Assembly: GCA_008086245.1 (NCBI GenBank)
Contig: VSIX01000032.1
Coordinates: 25,742-89,741 of the forward strand
DNA length: 64,000 nt
DNA from: Candidatus Mcinerneyibacterium aminivorans
Lineage (GTDB): Bacteria; Macinerneyibacteriota; Macinerneyibacteria; Macinerneyibacteriales; Macinerneyibacteriaceae
Direction of reading: 5' to 3'
This document shows positions 39,646 through 50,268 of the stretch, piece after piece. The translations under genes and the position numbers were made by a program. The notes under the pieces are model-generated. The model was not told where the DNA came from, made no database searches, and saw only the letters and a program-made list of their open reading frames with translations. Every line of letters starts with the position of its first letter. Position 1 is the first letter of the stretch.

Positions 39646-40450
39646 TATTGTTAACAAGCAGAGCGCTAAATATATTTTCCTTATAATATTTTTTATTTTT
39701 ATAACATTTCTTTTGCATGGAAAAGATGTTAACTGGAGTGAAAACTATTTTCCTTTCTCTGCTGAAGTACTTGGAAGTGGAAATACGTTTTCTTCTGATT
39801 TATCTGCTAATTACATATCACCGGCATTAAAAGGAAATTCAAATATTTATTTTTCAACCTCCTTTTTAAAATCCAATGCTCAAATATATTATTTTGTTTA
39901 CGGCATAAAAAACTTTACTTTTGATTTATTTTATTATGACTGGAACAAAATAGAATGGCGGGATGAAATGGGGAGAGATCTTGGTTATTACTATTCTTCC
40001 AATTATTCCGGTTCAGTTTCATATATTCATAGTTTAAATAAATTTAAAGGAGGCATGCAGATAAGATATAATTTAAAAGAAATTGGCAGTACCAGGGAAA
40101 CCAGGGTGTTTTTCTCGCCTTTTTTATACTATAATATAGATATAGTTGATGCCGGCATAACCCTTAAAGATTACAAAAATAAAAATATTATAATTTTTGG
40201 AGGATTTAATTACAGGTTTTTGAAATTAAAAACAAGAATAGATTATTATAACGAGGAGTATAAATTTAATTACGGCTGTGATTTTTACTTAAATGAAAAA
40301 AATAATTATGTTTTATTTTTAGGTGCCGCGGATAAAAAATTCACAGCTGGATTTGGCATCAACAGCGATAATATCAAATTTAGCTATGGTTTTATAATAG
40401 AAAATGAACAATTTTTTGTTAATAATTTTGGACTTAAAATAGAAATTTAG
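39638..40450 (+). CDS. Putative outer-membrane beta-barrel (PorV/PorQ/UPF0164-like)
   Basis: Signal peptide; SAEVLGSG...SPAL; RDEMGRDLG; alternating aromatic beta-strands. Confidence 0.45.
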   Translation: MINIVNKQSAKYIFLIIFFIFITFLLHGKDVNWSENYFPFSAEVLGSGNTFSSDLSANYISPALKGNSNIYFSTSFLKSNAQIYYFVYGIKNFTFDLFYYDWNKIEWRDEMGRDLGYYYSSNYSGSVSYIHSLNKFKGGMQIRYNLKEIGSTRETRVFFSPFLYYNIDIVDAGITLKDYKNKNIIIFGGFNYRFLKLKTRIDYYNEEYKFNYGCDFYLNEKNNYVLFLGAADKKFTAGFGINSDNIKFSYGFIIENEQFFVNNFGLKIEI

Positions 40451-40457
40451 GATAAAT

Positions 40458-42242
40458 ATGGATAATAAAAAAATTAGAAACTTTTCAATTATTGCACATA
40501 TAGATCATGGTAAATCAACATTAGCTGATAGAATTCTTGAGTTTACAAATACTATTGAAAAAAGAGACATGCAGGATCAATTTTTAGATACAATGGATAT
40601 CGAAAGAGAAAGAGGTATCACGGTTAAATCCCAGGCTATAAGAATAATGTATAAGGGACACAAGCTTCATCTTATCGATACTCCGGGACATGTGGATTTT
40701 TCATATGAGGTTTCAAGGGCATTGAAAGCCTGTGAAGGAGCTTTATTAATTATTGATGGAACCCAGGGAATCCAGGCACAAACAATGGCAAATGTGTATC
40801 TTGCAATGGAAACAGATGTAAAAATAATTCCTGTGATTAACAAAATTGATCTTCCCGGCGTTAAAATTGAAGAAACAAAACAGGAAATATATGAAGAACT
40901 TGGATATGAGGAGGATGAGATTTTACTTGCCAGTGCTAAAGAAGGTATTGGGATTGAAAAAATACTGGATACCATTATAGAAAGAATTCCGGCTCCCGCC
41001 GGAGATGAAAAAAAGTCCTTAAAAGCTTTAATTTTTGACTCACATTATAATTCTTACCAGGGGGTAATTTTATATGTGAGAATAATTGATGGAGAAATAA
41101 ATAAGGAAGATAAAATATTACTAATGGGAAGCCAGGCTAAATATGAAGTGCATGAAATAGGTATTTTTGAACCGAAGATGAAAAAAGTAGATAAACTAAC
41201 AGCAGGAGATGTTGGGTATATTACAGCAGGAATAAAAGATATTACCAAAGCTAAAGTTGGAGATACTATTACATCGGCCGAAAATCCTGTTGATAAACCC
41301 CTTCCGGGTTATAGAGAAATGATTCCAATGGTTTACTGCGGTATGTATCCAACGGATAATGATAGATACAACGAGCTAAGAGATGCATTGGATAAGCTTG
41401 CATTGAATGATGCGGCCATTAGATTCGAACCTGATACATCGGAGGCTTTAGGTTTTGGATTTAGAGTGGGATTTTTGGGGCTTTTACACATGGAAGTTAC
41501 ACAGGAAAGATTGGAGAGGGAGTTTGATATAGATCTTGTTATAACAACTCCCAATGTTGTTTATAAGGCTTATTATGAAGATGGTGAAGTTAAGGAGATT
41601 CACAATCCAGCACAGCTGGATCAATCCCGTCTTGAAAGGATTGAAGAACCTTATGTAAAAGCTGAAATAATTACTCCCGATGATTATATTGGACCAATCA
41701 TGAAATTATGTACCGATAAAAATGCCGATCATAAAGGAATGGAATATTTGAGTTCAGACAGAGTATTGATAAAATTTAATATTCCGCTGAGACAGATAAT
41801 ATTTAATTTTTATGATAGATTGAAATCTGTGAGTTCGGGATATGCTTCTCTTGATTATGACTTAATTGGATACAAGGAATCTGATCTCGTGAAATTAACA
41901 ATATTGGTCAATAAAAAACCGGTTGATGCTTTAACAACAATTGTACATAGAGATGACGCTCATTATAGAGGAAGGCAGCTGGCAAGAAAGTTAAAAGAAC
42001 ATATTCCGAGACAGCTGTTTAAAGTACCTATTCAGGCATCGATTGGAAAAAGAGTAGTAAGCAGAGTTACCGTTAAAGCATTAAGAAAAAATGTTACTTC
42101 AAAGTGTTATGGAGGGGATGTAAGTAGAAAGAAAAAATTGCTTGAAAAACAGAAAGAGGGAAAGAAGAGGATGAAAAAAGTTGGTTCTGTAGATATCCCC
42201 CAGGAAGCTTTTCTTTCCATACTCGAGGTGGATGATGAGTAG
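40458..42242 (+). CDS. lepA: Translation elongation factor 4
   Basis: IRNFSIIAHIDHGKSTLADR, DTPGHVDF, GFLGLLH, KCYGGD. Confidence 0.98.
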   Translation: MDNKKIRNFSIIAHIDHGKSTLADRILEFTNTIEKRDMQDQFLDTMDIERERGITVKSQAIRIMYKGHKLHLIDTPGHVDFSYEVSRALKACEGALLIIDGTQGIQAQTMANVYLAMETDVKIIPVINKIDLPGVKIEETKQEIYEELGYEEDEILLASAKEGIGIEKILDTIIERIPAPAGDEKKSLKALIFDSHYNSYQGVILYVRIIDGEINKEDKILLMGSQAKYEVHEIGIFEPKMKKVDKLTAGDVGYITAGIKDITKAKVGDTITSAENPVDKPLPGYREMIPMVYCGMYPTDNDRYNELRDALDKLALNDAAIRFEPDTSEALGFGFRVGFLGLLHMEVTQERLEREFDIDLVITTPNVVYKAYYEDGEVKEIHNPAQLDQSRLERIEEPYVKAEIITPDDYIGPIMKLCTDKNADHKGMEYLSSDRVLIKFNIPLRQIIFNFYDRLKSVSSGYASLDYDLIGYKESDLVKLTILVNKKPVDALTTIVHRDDAHYRGRQLARKLKEHIPRQLFKVPIQASIGKRVVSRVTVKALRKNVTSKCYGGDVSRKKKLLEKQKEGKKRMKKVGSVDIPQEAFLSILEVDDE

Positions 42243-43455
42243 TAAAAAATATGTTATTTTACTGATTGTAATTTTATTGGTCGTATTTTCTTGTTCAAAG
42301 AAAAGAGAACTAAAATGGAAATATGACCTTGGGGAAACTTTAAAAGTGCAGACAGATCCTTTATATATATCCGACTATAATATTATAGTTACATGGCGAA
42401 TAGATGTTAAAAAGCTTGATAGAGAAAAACAGGAAGGGGAATATGTAGTTCCCAAAGTAAATACTTTTGGATCTGATATCGAGATGGAGCTTCAGAATAA
42501 GAAATTTTATGCAAACCTTGTAGCCCTAAATGCGAACAATGGAAAAGAAGTATGGAAAACTGTTTCTCTTGGAAGCTCTGATCAGAACCTGTCTTCTCCT
42601 TCTTACTATAATGGAAACATATATGTTGGTAGTGATAATAATTTTGTATCAGAAATTAATGCCTCAAACGGCAAAATCAAGTGGCAGTATGATACGGGTA
42701 GCTGGGTTTATGCTGAAGTCTTTGTAAATGAAAATTATATTTTAGCCGGAAATGAAGAGGGTTATGTTTTTCTTTGGGATAGAAAAACAAAAAAATTAAT
42801 GTTTAAAAAGAAAATAGGGTATATTGAAAAAAAATGGATTGTTAAAAATGGATTTATTTACGGCAGCTCGGAGAATAAAATATACAAATTAAATTTAGAT
42901 GGTGAGATTGAACATAAATATATATTAAAAGATGAATATAAAAATTTTTCAAATCAATTGGCAACAGATCCCCCAATAAAGTCAAAATTGTTATTTGAAG
43001 ATAAATACTGTTATTTTACAGCTGAGAGTGATTATCTTTATAAGTTAGATATTAAAAACTGGAAAATAATATGGAAAAAGAAGATTGAAACGTCGTTATC
43101 TTCCCCTATTTATCATGATAACAAAATATTTATTGGGACCGAGAAAAATCTCATTGCCTTAAATTCTGAAACTGGTGAAATAATGAATGAATATAAAACA
43201 AATAATAGATGGATAGATTATGACATAAGATTCCGAAAGGGCGGTGCAGTAAATGGCGAGGCCAGGATATTTGATAATACTGTTTACTTTGGGAGTTACG
43301 ATTACGCTTTGTATGCCTATAATATTGATGATGAGAATCTCAGGTGGACCTATAAAATAAAGCACCACATAGATAGGACCAGACCAGTAGTAACTGATGA
43401 TTTCGTATGTTTTGGTGCAGACAGTCATCATTTATATCTTCTTAAAAAATATTGA
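42232..43455 (+). CDS. PQQ-like beta-propeller lipoprotein (BamB-like)
   Basis: Lipobox VFSC; repeated 'AL.A..G...W' blades. Confidence 0.8.
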   Translation: MMSSKKYVILLIVILLVVFSCSKKRELKWKYDLGETLKVQTDPLYISDYNIIVTWRIDVKKLDREKQEGEYVVPKVNTFGSDIEMELQNKKFYANLVALNANNGKEVWKTVSLGSSDQNLSSPSYYNGNIYVGSDNNFVSEINASNGKIKWQYDTGSWVYAEVFVNENYILAGNEEGYVFLWDRKTKKLMFKKKIGYIEKKWIVKNGFIYGSSENKIYKLNLDGEIEHKYILKDEYKNFSNQLATDPPIKSKLLFEDKYCYFTAESDYLYKLDIKNWKIIWKKKIETSLSSPIYHDNKIFIGTEKNLIALNSETGEIMNEYKTNNRWIDYDIRFRKGGAVNGEARIFDNTVYFGSYDYALYAYNIDDENLRWTYKIKHHIDRTRPVVTDDFVCFGADSHHLYLLKKY

Positions 43456-43462
43456 AATTTAT

Positions 43463-44554
43463 ATGGGTAAAGGACTTTATATACATATTCCTTTATGTTT
43501 TAAAAAATGTAATTACTGCAATTTCGTTTCTTATCCGATTTCAAAAGTAAAATTTAAAATAACTGATTATATTAAAACCCTGAAAAAAGAGATGAAAGAA
43601 TTTGAAAATGAGAAGATTGATACAGTTTATATAGGCGGAGGAACTCCCTCCTTGTTGGACCCAGAAGAAATAGAAAATATAGTTTCCGGGATTAAACAAA
43701 ATTTTAAAGTATCAGGTTTAGAAGAGTTTACTATTGAAATTAATCCCTTTGATTTTAATATAGAAAACATCAGGAAAATGCAAAAATCAGGTATTAACAG
43801 ATTTTCATTTGGATTTCAATCTTTTGACAATAATAAGTTAGAAAAGCTTGGAAGAATTCATAGAAGAAGGGATTTGGAGAATATTAAAAAATACAGAGAA
43901 GAATTTAATAATTTTTCACTGGATTTAATTTTCGGATTAAAAAATGATATAAAATTAATTGAATCTGAATTAAGAAAACTTATTGAATTTAACCCGCAGC
44001 ATATTTCAATTTATAATTTGAAAGTGGAAAAGAATACAAAAATTTTCAAAATGCTGGAAAATAACAAAATTGAATTGGACAATGAAGATGCTCAATCCAA
44101 AACATACAGTTATATAAATAGATTATTAAAAGAAAATGGATATAATCATTATGAGATTTCTAATTATGCAAAAAAGGGATTTGAATCAAAACACAACTTA
44201 AAATACTGGAGGTTTAAACCATATATCGGTTTGGGGGTTTCAGCAAGCGGGTATTATGATAATATACTTTATACAAACTACTCTTCTTATGATAAGTACA
44301 AAAACAATGGGTATAAGAGTATTCAGAAAGAAATTAAAAAAGTTCAGAAAAGATATTTCAGGATAATGATGGGGTTAAGGCTGAAAGAAGGTGTCATTCT
44401 AAATAAAGAAGAATATTCAATAATTAGAAAATTTTTTGATAAAAATAATCTTGATAAATATTTTATTTTTAGAAATAAAAGAATTTCAATAAAGGAAAAA
44501 TATTTTTTTATATCCAATAGTTTAATTGGAAGAATACTCGATGAATTGTTTTAA
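43463..44554 (+). CDS. hemW: Radical SAM heme chaperone HemW (HemN-like)
   Basis: LYIHIPLCFKKCNYCNF, GGGTPS, YEISNY, HNLKYW. Confidence 0.9.
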   Translation: MGKGLYIHIPLCFKKCNYCNFVSYPISKVKFKITDYIKTLKKEMKEFENEKIDTVYIGGGTPSLLDPEEIENIVSGIKQNFKVSGLEEFTIEINPFDFNIENIRKMQKSGINRFSFGFQSFDNNKLEKLGRIHRRRDLENIKKYREEFNNFSLDLIFGLKNDIKLIESELRKLIEFNPQHISIYNLKVEKNTKIFKMLENNKIELDNEDAQSKTYSYINRLLKENGYNHYEISNYAKKGFESKHNLKYWRFKPYIGLGVSASGYYDNILYTNYSSYDKYKNNGYKSIQKEIKKVQKRYFRIMMGLRLKEGVILNKEEYSIIRKFFDKNNLDKYFIFRNKRISIKEKYFFISNSLIGRILDELF

Positions 44555-44698
44555 AAAAAGTATTAAAAATGATTGATTTTTTTATGCTAAATGATATAGT
44601 TAAAGGAGTCTAAATTCTATTATAATGGGACGGTAAAGTATTTTAATGTAGTTTTTAGAAGATAGTTTGCTATTAATAGATATAAAGAGGTTTATTAG

Positions 44699-45487
44699 AT
44701 GATATGGGTACATAATATCAATCCGGTTATTTTACATATTTATAAAAATATCGCCATTAGATGGTATCCGCTTGCTTATATTCTGGGATTTATTGCAGCA
44801 TTCATCTGGATTCACTATTTAATAAAAAATAATTATCTTGATTTAAACAAAAAAGAACTCGATGATTTTATTTTTTATCTGTTTCTGGGAGTTCTGTTAG
44901 GTGGTAGAATATTCTACATGATTTTTTATCAGTTTGAGCTTCTTCTGAAAAAACCATTTGAGTTATTTATGGTATGGCATGGAGGTATGTCTTTTCACGG
45001 GGGATTCATAGGTATACTGTTTTTTACTTATCTGTTTTCTAAGAAATACAATAAGAATTTATGGAAGTTGTATGGATCATTAGCAGTAGTTGCCCCAGTG
45101 GGTTTGTTTTTTGGCAGAATAGCTAATTTTATAAATGGCGAATTATGGGGTAAACCAACCAATGGAGAGTGGGGAATAATATTTCCCGAGGCAGGTCCCT
45201 TACCAAGACATCCTTCCCAGCTTTATGAAGCATTTTTAGAGGGATTAATATTGTTTATAATTTTGTTTATTATATTTAAATCAACACGAAAATTAAAATA
45301 TTTGGGGCCTTATTTTGGAATGGGTTATTCCACATTTAGAATCATTGTTGAATTGTTTAGGGAGCCCGATAGACAGCTGGGTTATTTAATTTTAAAACCA
45401 ATAACCATGGGCCAGATTTTAAGTTTAATTATGTTTTTGTTTAGTGTTTATATTTTTTATATAATCAGGAAAAAGGAGGGATTTTAA
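44699..45487 (+). CDS. lgt: Prolipoprotein diacylglyceryl transferase
   Basis: IRWY, GGR..Y, GGMSFHGG, GRIANFINGELWG, RHPSQLYE. Confidence 0.97.
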   Translation: MIWVHNINPVILHIYKNIAIRWYPLAYILGFIAAFIWIHYLIKNNYLDLNKKELDDFIFYLFLGVLLGGRIFYMIFYQFELLLKKPFELFMVWHGGMSFHGGFIGILFFTYLFSKKYNKNLWKLYGSLAVVAPVGLFFGRIANFINGELWGKPTNGEWGIIFPEAGPLPRHPSQLYEAFLEGLILFIILFIIFKSTRKLKYLGPYFGMGYSTFRIIVELFREPDRQLGYLILKPITMGQILSLIMFLFSVYIFYIIRKKEGF

Positions 45488-45488
45488 T

Positions 45489-46004
45489 ATGAGCCAAAAA
45501 AAGCTTGTGGAAATTTACATGGGAAGTGATTCTGATTTAAAGGTGATGAGTTTAACGGCAGAATATTTAAAAAAGTTTGATATTGATTTTAATATGTATA
45601 TCTTATCTGCACATAGAACAACAGATGCTGCACTTGAAAAGATAAAAACGGCAAAAGATCGGGGTGTTGAAGTTGTTATTGCAGGGGCTGGAAAAGCGGC
45701 ACATTTGCCAGGAGTACTGGCGGCGAAAACTAATATACCTGTTATTGGTGTACCGATGAAAACTTCAGATCTTGGTGGAAGAGATTCTTTATATTCTATA
45801 GTTCAAATGCCTACAGGAGTTCCTGTAGCTACTGTTGCAATAGGTAAAACCGGAGCAAGAAATGCTGCTATTCTGGCAGCAAAAATGCTTTCAATGAAAT
45901 ATGAAAAAATTGAGAAAAAAGTTTTGGAATTTATGAAAAAAATGGAGGATGAAGGGTTGAAAAAAAATAAAAAATTGCAAGAATTAGGATATAAGAATTA
46001 TTAA
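45489..46004 (+). CDS. purE: N5-CAIR mutase
   Basis: MGSDSD, SAHRT, AGAGKAAHLPG, SIVQMP.GVPVATVAI. Confidence 0.97.
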   Translation: MSQKKLVEIYMGSDSDLKVMSLTAEYLKKFDIDFNMYILSAHRTTDAALEKIKTAKDRGVEVVIAGAGKAAHLPGVLAAKTNIPVIGVPMKTSDLGGRDSLYSIVQMPTGVPVATVAIGKTGARNAAILAAKMLSMKYEKIEKKVLEFMKKMEDEGLKKNKKLQELGYKNY

Positions 46005-46013
46005 AAGGGCTTT

Positions 46014-46769
46014 ATGAATATAAAAAATTATATCTTTAATTTGATTGAAGATTACAGATTAACCCATACAAAAAACCGCAGAAAAATATTAATTGAAAGC
46101 TGGGATAAAGTCAGTAGTTATATTAAAAAAAATCCGGATAATTTAGATTATAAGGAAATTATAAATATTGTAAGCGAATATCTCAGTATGGTTCATGATT
46201 ACGGTTTGCTTGAAAAGGGAGATTTGTTTGATTTGAATAAGCTTTACCGTAAAAAAGATCTGGGTGCTAATTTTGATTATAATCCCATGGACAAAAATTT
46301 AAAAATATTTGGGAACAGGGAATTTTTTATTTATTTATCTAAACTGTTTTACAATATTGTAAAAAGTGAGGATTATTTTAAAAAAATCAAAAAGGATGAT
46401 AGTAAGGAAAATATTATTGAGTTTACTGTTTCCTTAAAAAAAGATAAAAAAAATAATGATAAAAAAAGAAAGATTGATCTCGAAAATCTTCTAGCAGTTC
46501 AATTTATTAAATGGAAACCCGGTAAAAAAAATATTTCCTGGGTTAAATTATATTCAATTTTGGAAATTAATGAATTTGATGCTGATTCAATAGAGGGTTA
46601 TGATTTTGTAAAATTCCCCGAAAAAAATAATGATCAATTATGGGCTTTTACAATAAAAAATGATATTGATGAAATTGTTCAATTTACTGCAGCCCTTTCG
46701 GATGAAAATATTTTGTTTGTGAGTAAAAAAGATTTAGATCAATTAAAAAGAGATACAAAAGATGTCTAA
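46014..46769 (+). CDS. Hypothetical protein
   Basis: 251-aa ORF in operon context; no recognisable motif. Confidence 0.6.
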   Translation: MNIKNYIFNLIEDYRLTHTKNRRKILIESWDKVSSYIKKNPDNLDYKEIINIVSEYLSMVHDYGLLEKGDLFDLNKLYRKKDLGANFDYNPMDKNLKIFGNREFFIYLSKLFYNIVKSEDYFKKIKKDDSKENIIEFTVSLKKDKKNNDKKRKIDLENLLAVQFIKWKPGKKNISWVKLYSILEINEFDADSIEGYDFVKFPEKNNDQLWAFTIKNDIDEIVQFTAALSDENILFVSKKDLDQLKRDTKDV

Positions 46770-47580
46770 TAAAAAAATAGAGTATAATAATGTCAACAAC
46801 ATAATTTATGAAAAAAAGATAAACGGTAGTAAGTATAATATAATAAATCACTATAAAGGCTGTTTTTATGGATGTACCTACTGCAATGCTAAAATTCCAT
46901 TCAATACTGTTTATACCGATCATAAATGGGGAGAAGTTGTTGAAGTAAGAAATAGCTCGCTTGAGAAATTTGAGAAGAGAATATCAAAACTCAATAACAA
47001 AAACTTTTATCTATCTTCACTAACAGATCCGTATAATCCTGTTGAAAAAAATGAAAAATTAACTCAAAAAATTCTGAAAATATTATCACAACAGAAGATT
47101 GAATCAATAACAATAAAAAGCAAATCTCCTCTTTTATTAAGGGACCTAAAACTTTTTAAAAAATTTGATAATCTGAATATAATCATCCCTATATTTTCTA
47201 ATAATTCCAACATTCATGAAATATTAGAAAACAAATCTCCTGCTAAACATAAAAGATTTAATACAATCAAAAAGTTGAGAAAAAAGAATATTCCTGTATC
47301 TCTAAATATATTTCCATATTTACCTGAAATTACTCCTGTTGAGGAGCTAATAGATGAATTTAGTTCTTTTACCAAAAATTTTCAGCTTGTACCTCCTAAT
47401 TGGAAAGCTAACAGTATAAAAAAATCTCTTTTTGATTTCATAAGAAAAATTGAACCGGAACTTTTAATTAGATATCATACAATTTATTTCAAAAACGGTG
47501 AATATAAAAGTTTTATAGAAAAGGAAGCTGAAAGATTAAAAGAAAGATTCAAGATTAATATTAAAATACTTGATAATTAG
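46762..47580 (+). CDS. SPL-like radical SAM protein
   Basis: N.Y.GCFYGCTYC.A, SLTDPY.P.E, KSPLLLRDL. Confidence 0.8.
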   Translation: MSNKKIEYNNVNNIIYEKKINGSKYNIINHYKGCFYGCTYCNAKIPFNTVYTDHKWGEVVEVRNSSLEKFEKRISKLNNKNFYLSSLTDPYNPVEKNEKLTQKILKILSQQKIESITIKSKSPLLLRDLKLFKKFDNLNIIIPIFSNNSNIHEILENKSPAKHKRFNTIKKLRKKNIPVSLNIFPYLPEITPVEELIDEFSSFTKNFQLVPPNWKANSIKKSLFDFIRKIEPELLIRYHTIYFKNGEYKSFIEKEAERLKERFKINIKILDN

Positions 47581-47626
47581 TAGATTTGTAAATATAATTA
47601 ATAATAAGTTATATTAGGGGGTTATT

Positions 47627-49255
47627 ATGCAAAATGTAATCTTTCTTAGCAGTAATAAATTTATTATCAAAGCAGTATCAAACAAGCTGGTTAATGAAAA
47701 TATTTTTGTTTCTGGTTTCACTTCAATTAATGAAGCCGATGAATTTCTTGATGAATATTCATCCGAACTTGATATAGTTTTACTGCAGGAAGATCCGGAA
47801 AATCCGGAAAAAATTTATATAACAGCTAAATCAATTAGAAATGTATGGAATTTAGATATTCCTATAATACTGTTAACTGAAAACTATAATATAAACAAAA
47901 TTAATAAGGCGTCTGATTATGAGATAAATTTGCTTTTTAATAATGAAATTATAAATAATCACAAAAGATTAATATCTTTTATGAATCTTTTACATAAACT
48001 ATATATAAATAAGAAGGAAAATAGTGTTTTGATTATTGATGATTCCAAAATCTCACGCGAAAAGCTTAAATTTGAACTCAAAGGTGGATATTATGAAGTT
48101 CATGAAGCTAAAAATGGAGTAATTGGAATAGAACTTGCAAAAAAATATAAACCGGACTTTATAATTTTGGATATTGAGATGCCAGGTTTTGATGGGTTTG
48201 AGACAACTAAATCTTTAAAAGAAAATGCTGAAACATCACATATTCCAGTAATATTTTATGCGAATAAACCTTCAGCAAAAATGAAGTTAAAAGCTTCCGA
48301 AGCAGGAGTGGTTGATTTTTTTAATAAACAAAATAGACCAGGAGAAATGCTAAAATATATTGATGAGCTGTATTTTTATGAAAAGGGGCGAAAATTTAAA
48401 AAGTGTATTTATTATGGCTTTTCGGAAATAAAATATCAGATGATAAGGCATGTATTGAAGAAAATTGATATTGAAGTTCAAAGAAAGGATAGTCTGGACA
48501 CGGCGAAAAATTTTATGGAGAATTATGATGTTGATGGCATATTACTTGATATTGTAAACGATAATTTGAAAAGTTATGATGAATTAATGGATATGGTGAA
48601 CAATATTGAAAGGACGTATGTGCCTATAATTGCAATTGTTGGTAAGGGGAAAACTGATTTACATTTGAAGCTTTTGAAAAAAGGAATTACAGATTATATA
48701 ACCGAACCATTTTTTGAAGAGGAACTAACACTAAGGGTAGCATTGAACTTCAAATATAAAGAGGCCCTGAGAAGATTAAAATCCAAGGATGAAATGCTAA
48801 GTCTGCTTTCCATAATAGATTCAGAAACCGGTGCTTATAATAGGAATTATCTAGAGGATATCCTTGATTCTTTTATTAGTAGATTTGACCGGGAAGGCAT
48901 TAATTTTTCATTAATTACAGTAATTGTTGATAAATATGATTATATAGTTGAAAATTTCGGAAAATCTAAGGCTTCTGAAGTTCTTAAAAAAATAACTAAT
49001 AAAATGATTAAATTTAGCAGGCCTACCGATATGATTTTCAGGTATAATAATTACAAATTTTTAATTCTTCTGGAGGGCGCGGCTTATGATGAGGTGGATA
49101 TTGTTACTAATAGGATAATAAATAATATGGGGGACCTTGTTATGAGAAATGAAAAAGAATTATATCATAAAGTTAATTTGAAATATGATTATATAACATA
49201 TGAAAATCAATCCAAAGCAGAATTATTAGAAGAAATTGAAAATCAGTTCAAATAA
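47627..49255 (+). CDS. Multi-REC response regulator with degenerate GGDEF domain
   Basis: REC VLIIDD...ILDIEMPGFDG; D.ETGAYNR; RPTDMIFRYNNYKF in place of RxxDxxxRxGGDEF. Confidence 0.85.
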   Translation: MQNVIFLSSNKFIIKAVSNKLVNENIFVSGFTSINEADEFLDEYSSELDIVLLQEDPENPEKIYITAKSIRNVWNLDIPIILLTENYNINKINKASDYEINLLFNNEIINNHKRLISFMNLLHKLYINKKENSVLIIDDSKISREKLKFELKGGYYEVHEAKNGVIGIELAKKYKPDFIILDIEMPGFDGFETTKSLKENAETSHIPVIFYANKPSAKMKLKASEAGVVDFFNKQNRPGEMLKYIDELYFYEKGRKFKKCIYYGFSEIKYQMIRHVLKKIDIEVQRKDSLDTAKNFMENYDVDGILLDIVNDNLKSYDELMDMVNNIERTYVPIIAIVGKGKTDLHLKLLKKGITDYITEPFFEEELTLRVALNFKYKEALRRLKSKDEMLSLLSIIDSETGAYNRNYLEDILDSFISRFDREGINFSLITVIVDKYDYIVENFGKSKASEVLKKITNKMIKFSRPTDMIFRYNNYKFLILLEGAAYDEVDIVTNRIINNMGDLVMRNEKELYHKVNLKYDYITYENQSKAELLEEIENQFK

Positions 49256-49260
49256 TATTT

Positions 49261-50268
49261 ATGAATGTAAAAAATATATTCGATTTAGACAAATCCGATC
49301 TAAAAAACTATTTTAAGAAGGATTTTCGGTACGATCAGATTTTCAGCTGGGTGCTTGATAGAAATGTTTACGATTTTAAAAAAATGACCAATCTACCGAA
49401 ATCTTTAAGGAAAGAATTGGATAAATCTCTTGGTATTATCAATCTGCAGAAAGAAAAAGTAGAGGTTTCTAAAGATTCCAATACTGAAAAATATTTATTT
49501 AAAACAGAAGATGGAAGCTATATAGAATCTGTTTATATGAGATATGAAAATCGAAATACCGCATGTATATCAACTCAAATTGGATGTAAAAGGAAGTGTA
49601 AATTTTGTGCAACAGGAGCTGTTGGATATAAAAGGAACCTTAAACCATCAGAAATACTATCTCAAATACTTTTTTTACCGGATGTAACAAATATTGTTTT
49701 TATGGGCATGGGTGAACCCCTTGACAATTATGATAATCTGGTAAGGGCTCTTAATTTTATAAATGACGAAATTTACATGAATATGGGGGCAAGAAGAATA
49801 ACTATATCTACTATTGGAATTCCATCTAAAGTAAAACAGCTTGCTAAATTAAAAAAACAGTTTGGTTTGTCATGGTCTTTGCACACTACAATGAATGACT
49901 TAAGAAAAAAACTTATGCCATCAACCAGAAATTATGGGATTGATGATTTGCTGAATTCTTTCAAATATTATAAAGACGAAACTAATGCAGATATAACTAT
50001 AGAATTTATTCTAATAAAAAACATTAATATGAACAGGAAAGAAGCAACTAATTTATATAAAATATCTAAAAAATTAAATGCGAAGATTAATTTTATACCT
50101 TATAATGAACATAGATATGCAAATTATAAAAAACCCAACAAAACAGAGATTAACAATTTTGTTAAATTTTTTCAGGATAAAGGAGTTTTTTATAGCATCA
50201 GAGATAGTAAGGGACAAAATATTTCAGCTGCATGCGGTCAATTATCAGGGAAAACAAAGGAGGCTTAA
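49261..50268 (+). CDS. rlmN: 23S rRNA A2503 C2-methyltransferase
   Basis: CISTQIGCKRKCKFCATG, VFMGMGEP, AACGQL. Confidence 0.95.
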   Translation: MNVKNIFDLDKSDLKNYFKKDFRYDQIFSWVLDRNVYDFKKMTNLPKSLRKELDKSLGIINLQKEKVEVSKDSNTEKYLFKTEDGSYIESVYMRYENRNTACISTQIGCKRKCKFCATGAVGYKRNLKPSEILSQILFLPDVTNIVFMGMGEPLDNYDNLVRALNFINDEIYMNMGARRITISTIGIPSKVKQLAKLKKQFGLSWSLHTTMNDLRKKLMPSTRNYGIDDLLNSFKYYKDETNADITIEFILIKNINMNRKEATNLYKISKKLNAKINFIPYNEHRYANYKKPNKTEINNFVKFFQDKGVFYSIRDSKGQNISAACGQLSGKTKEA

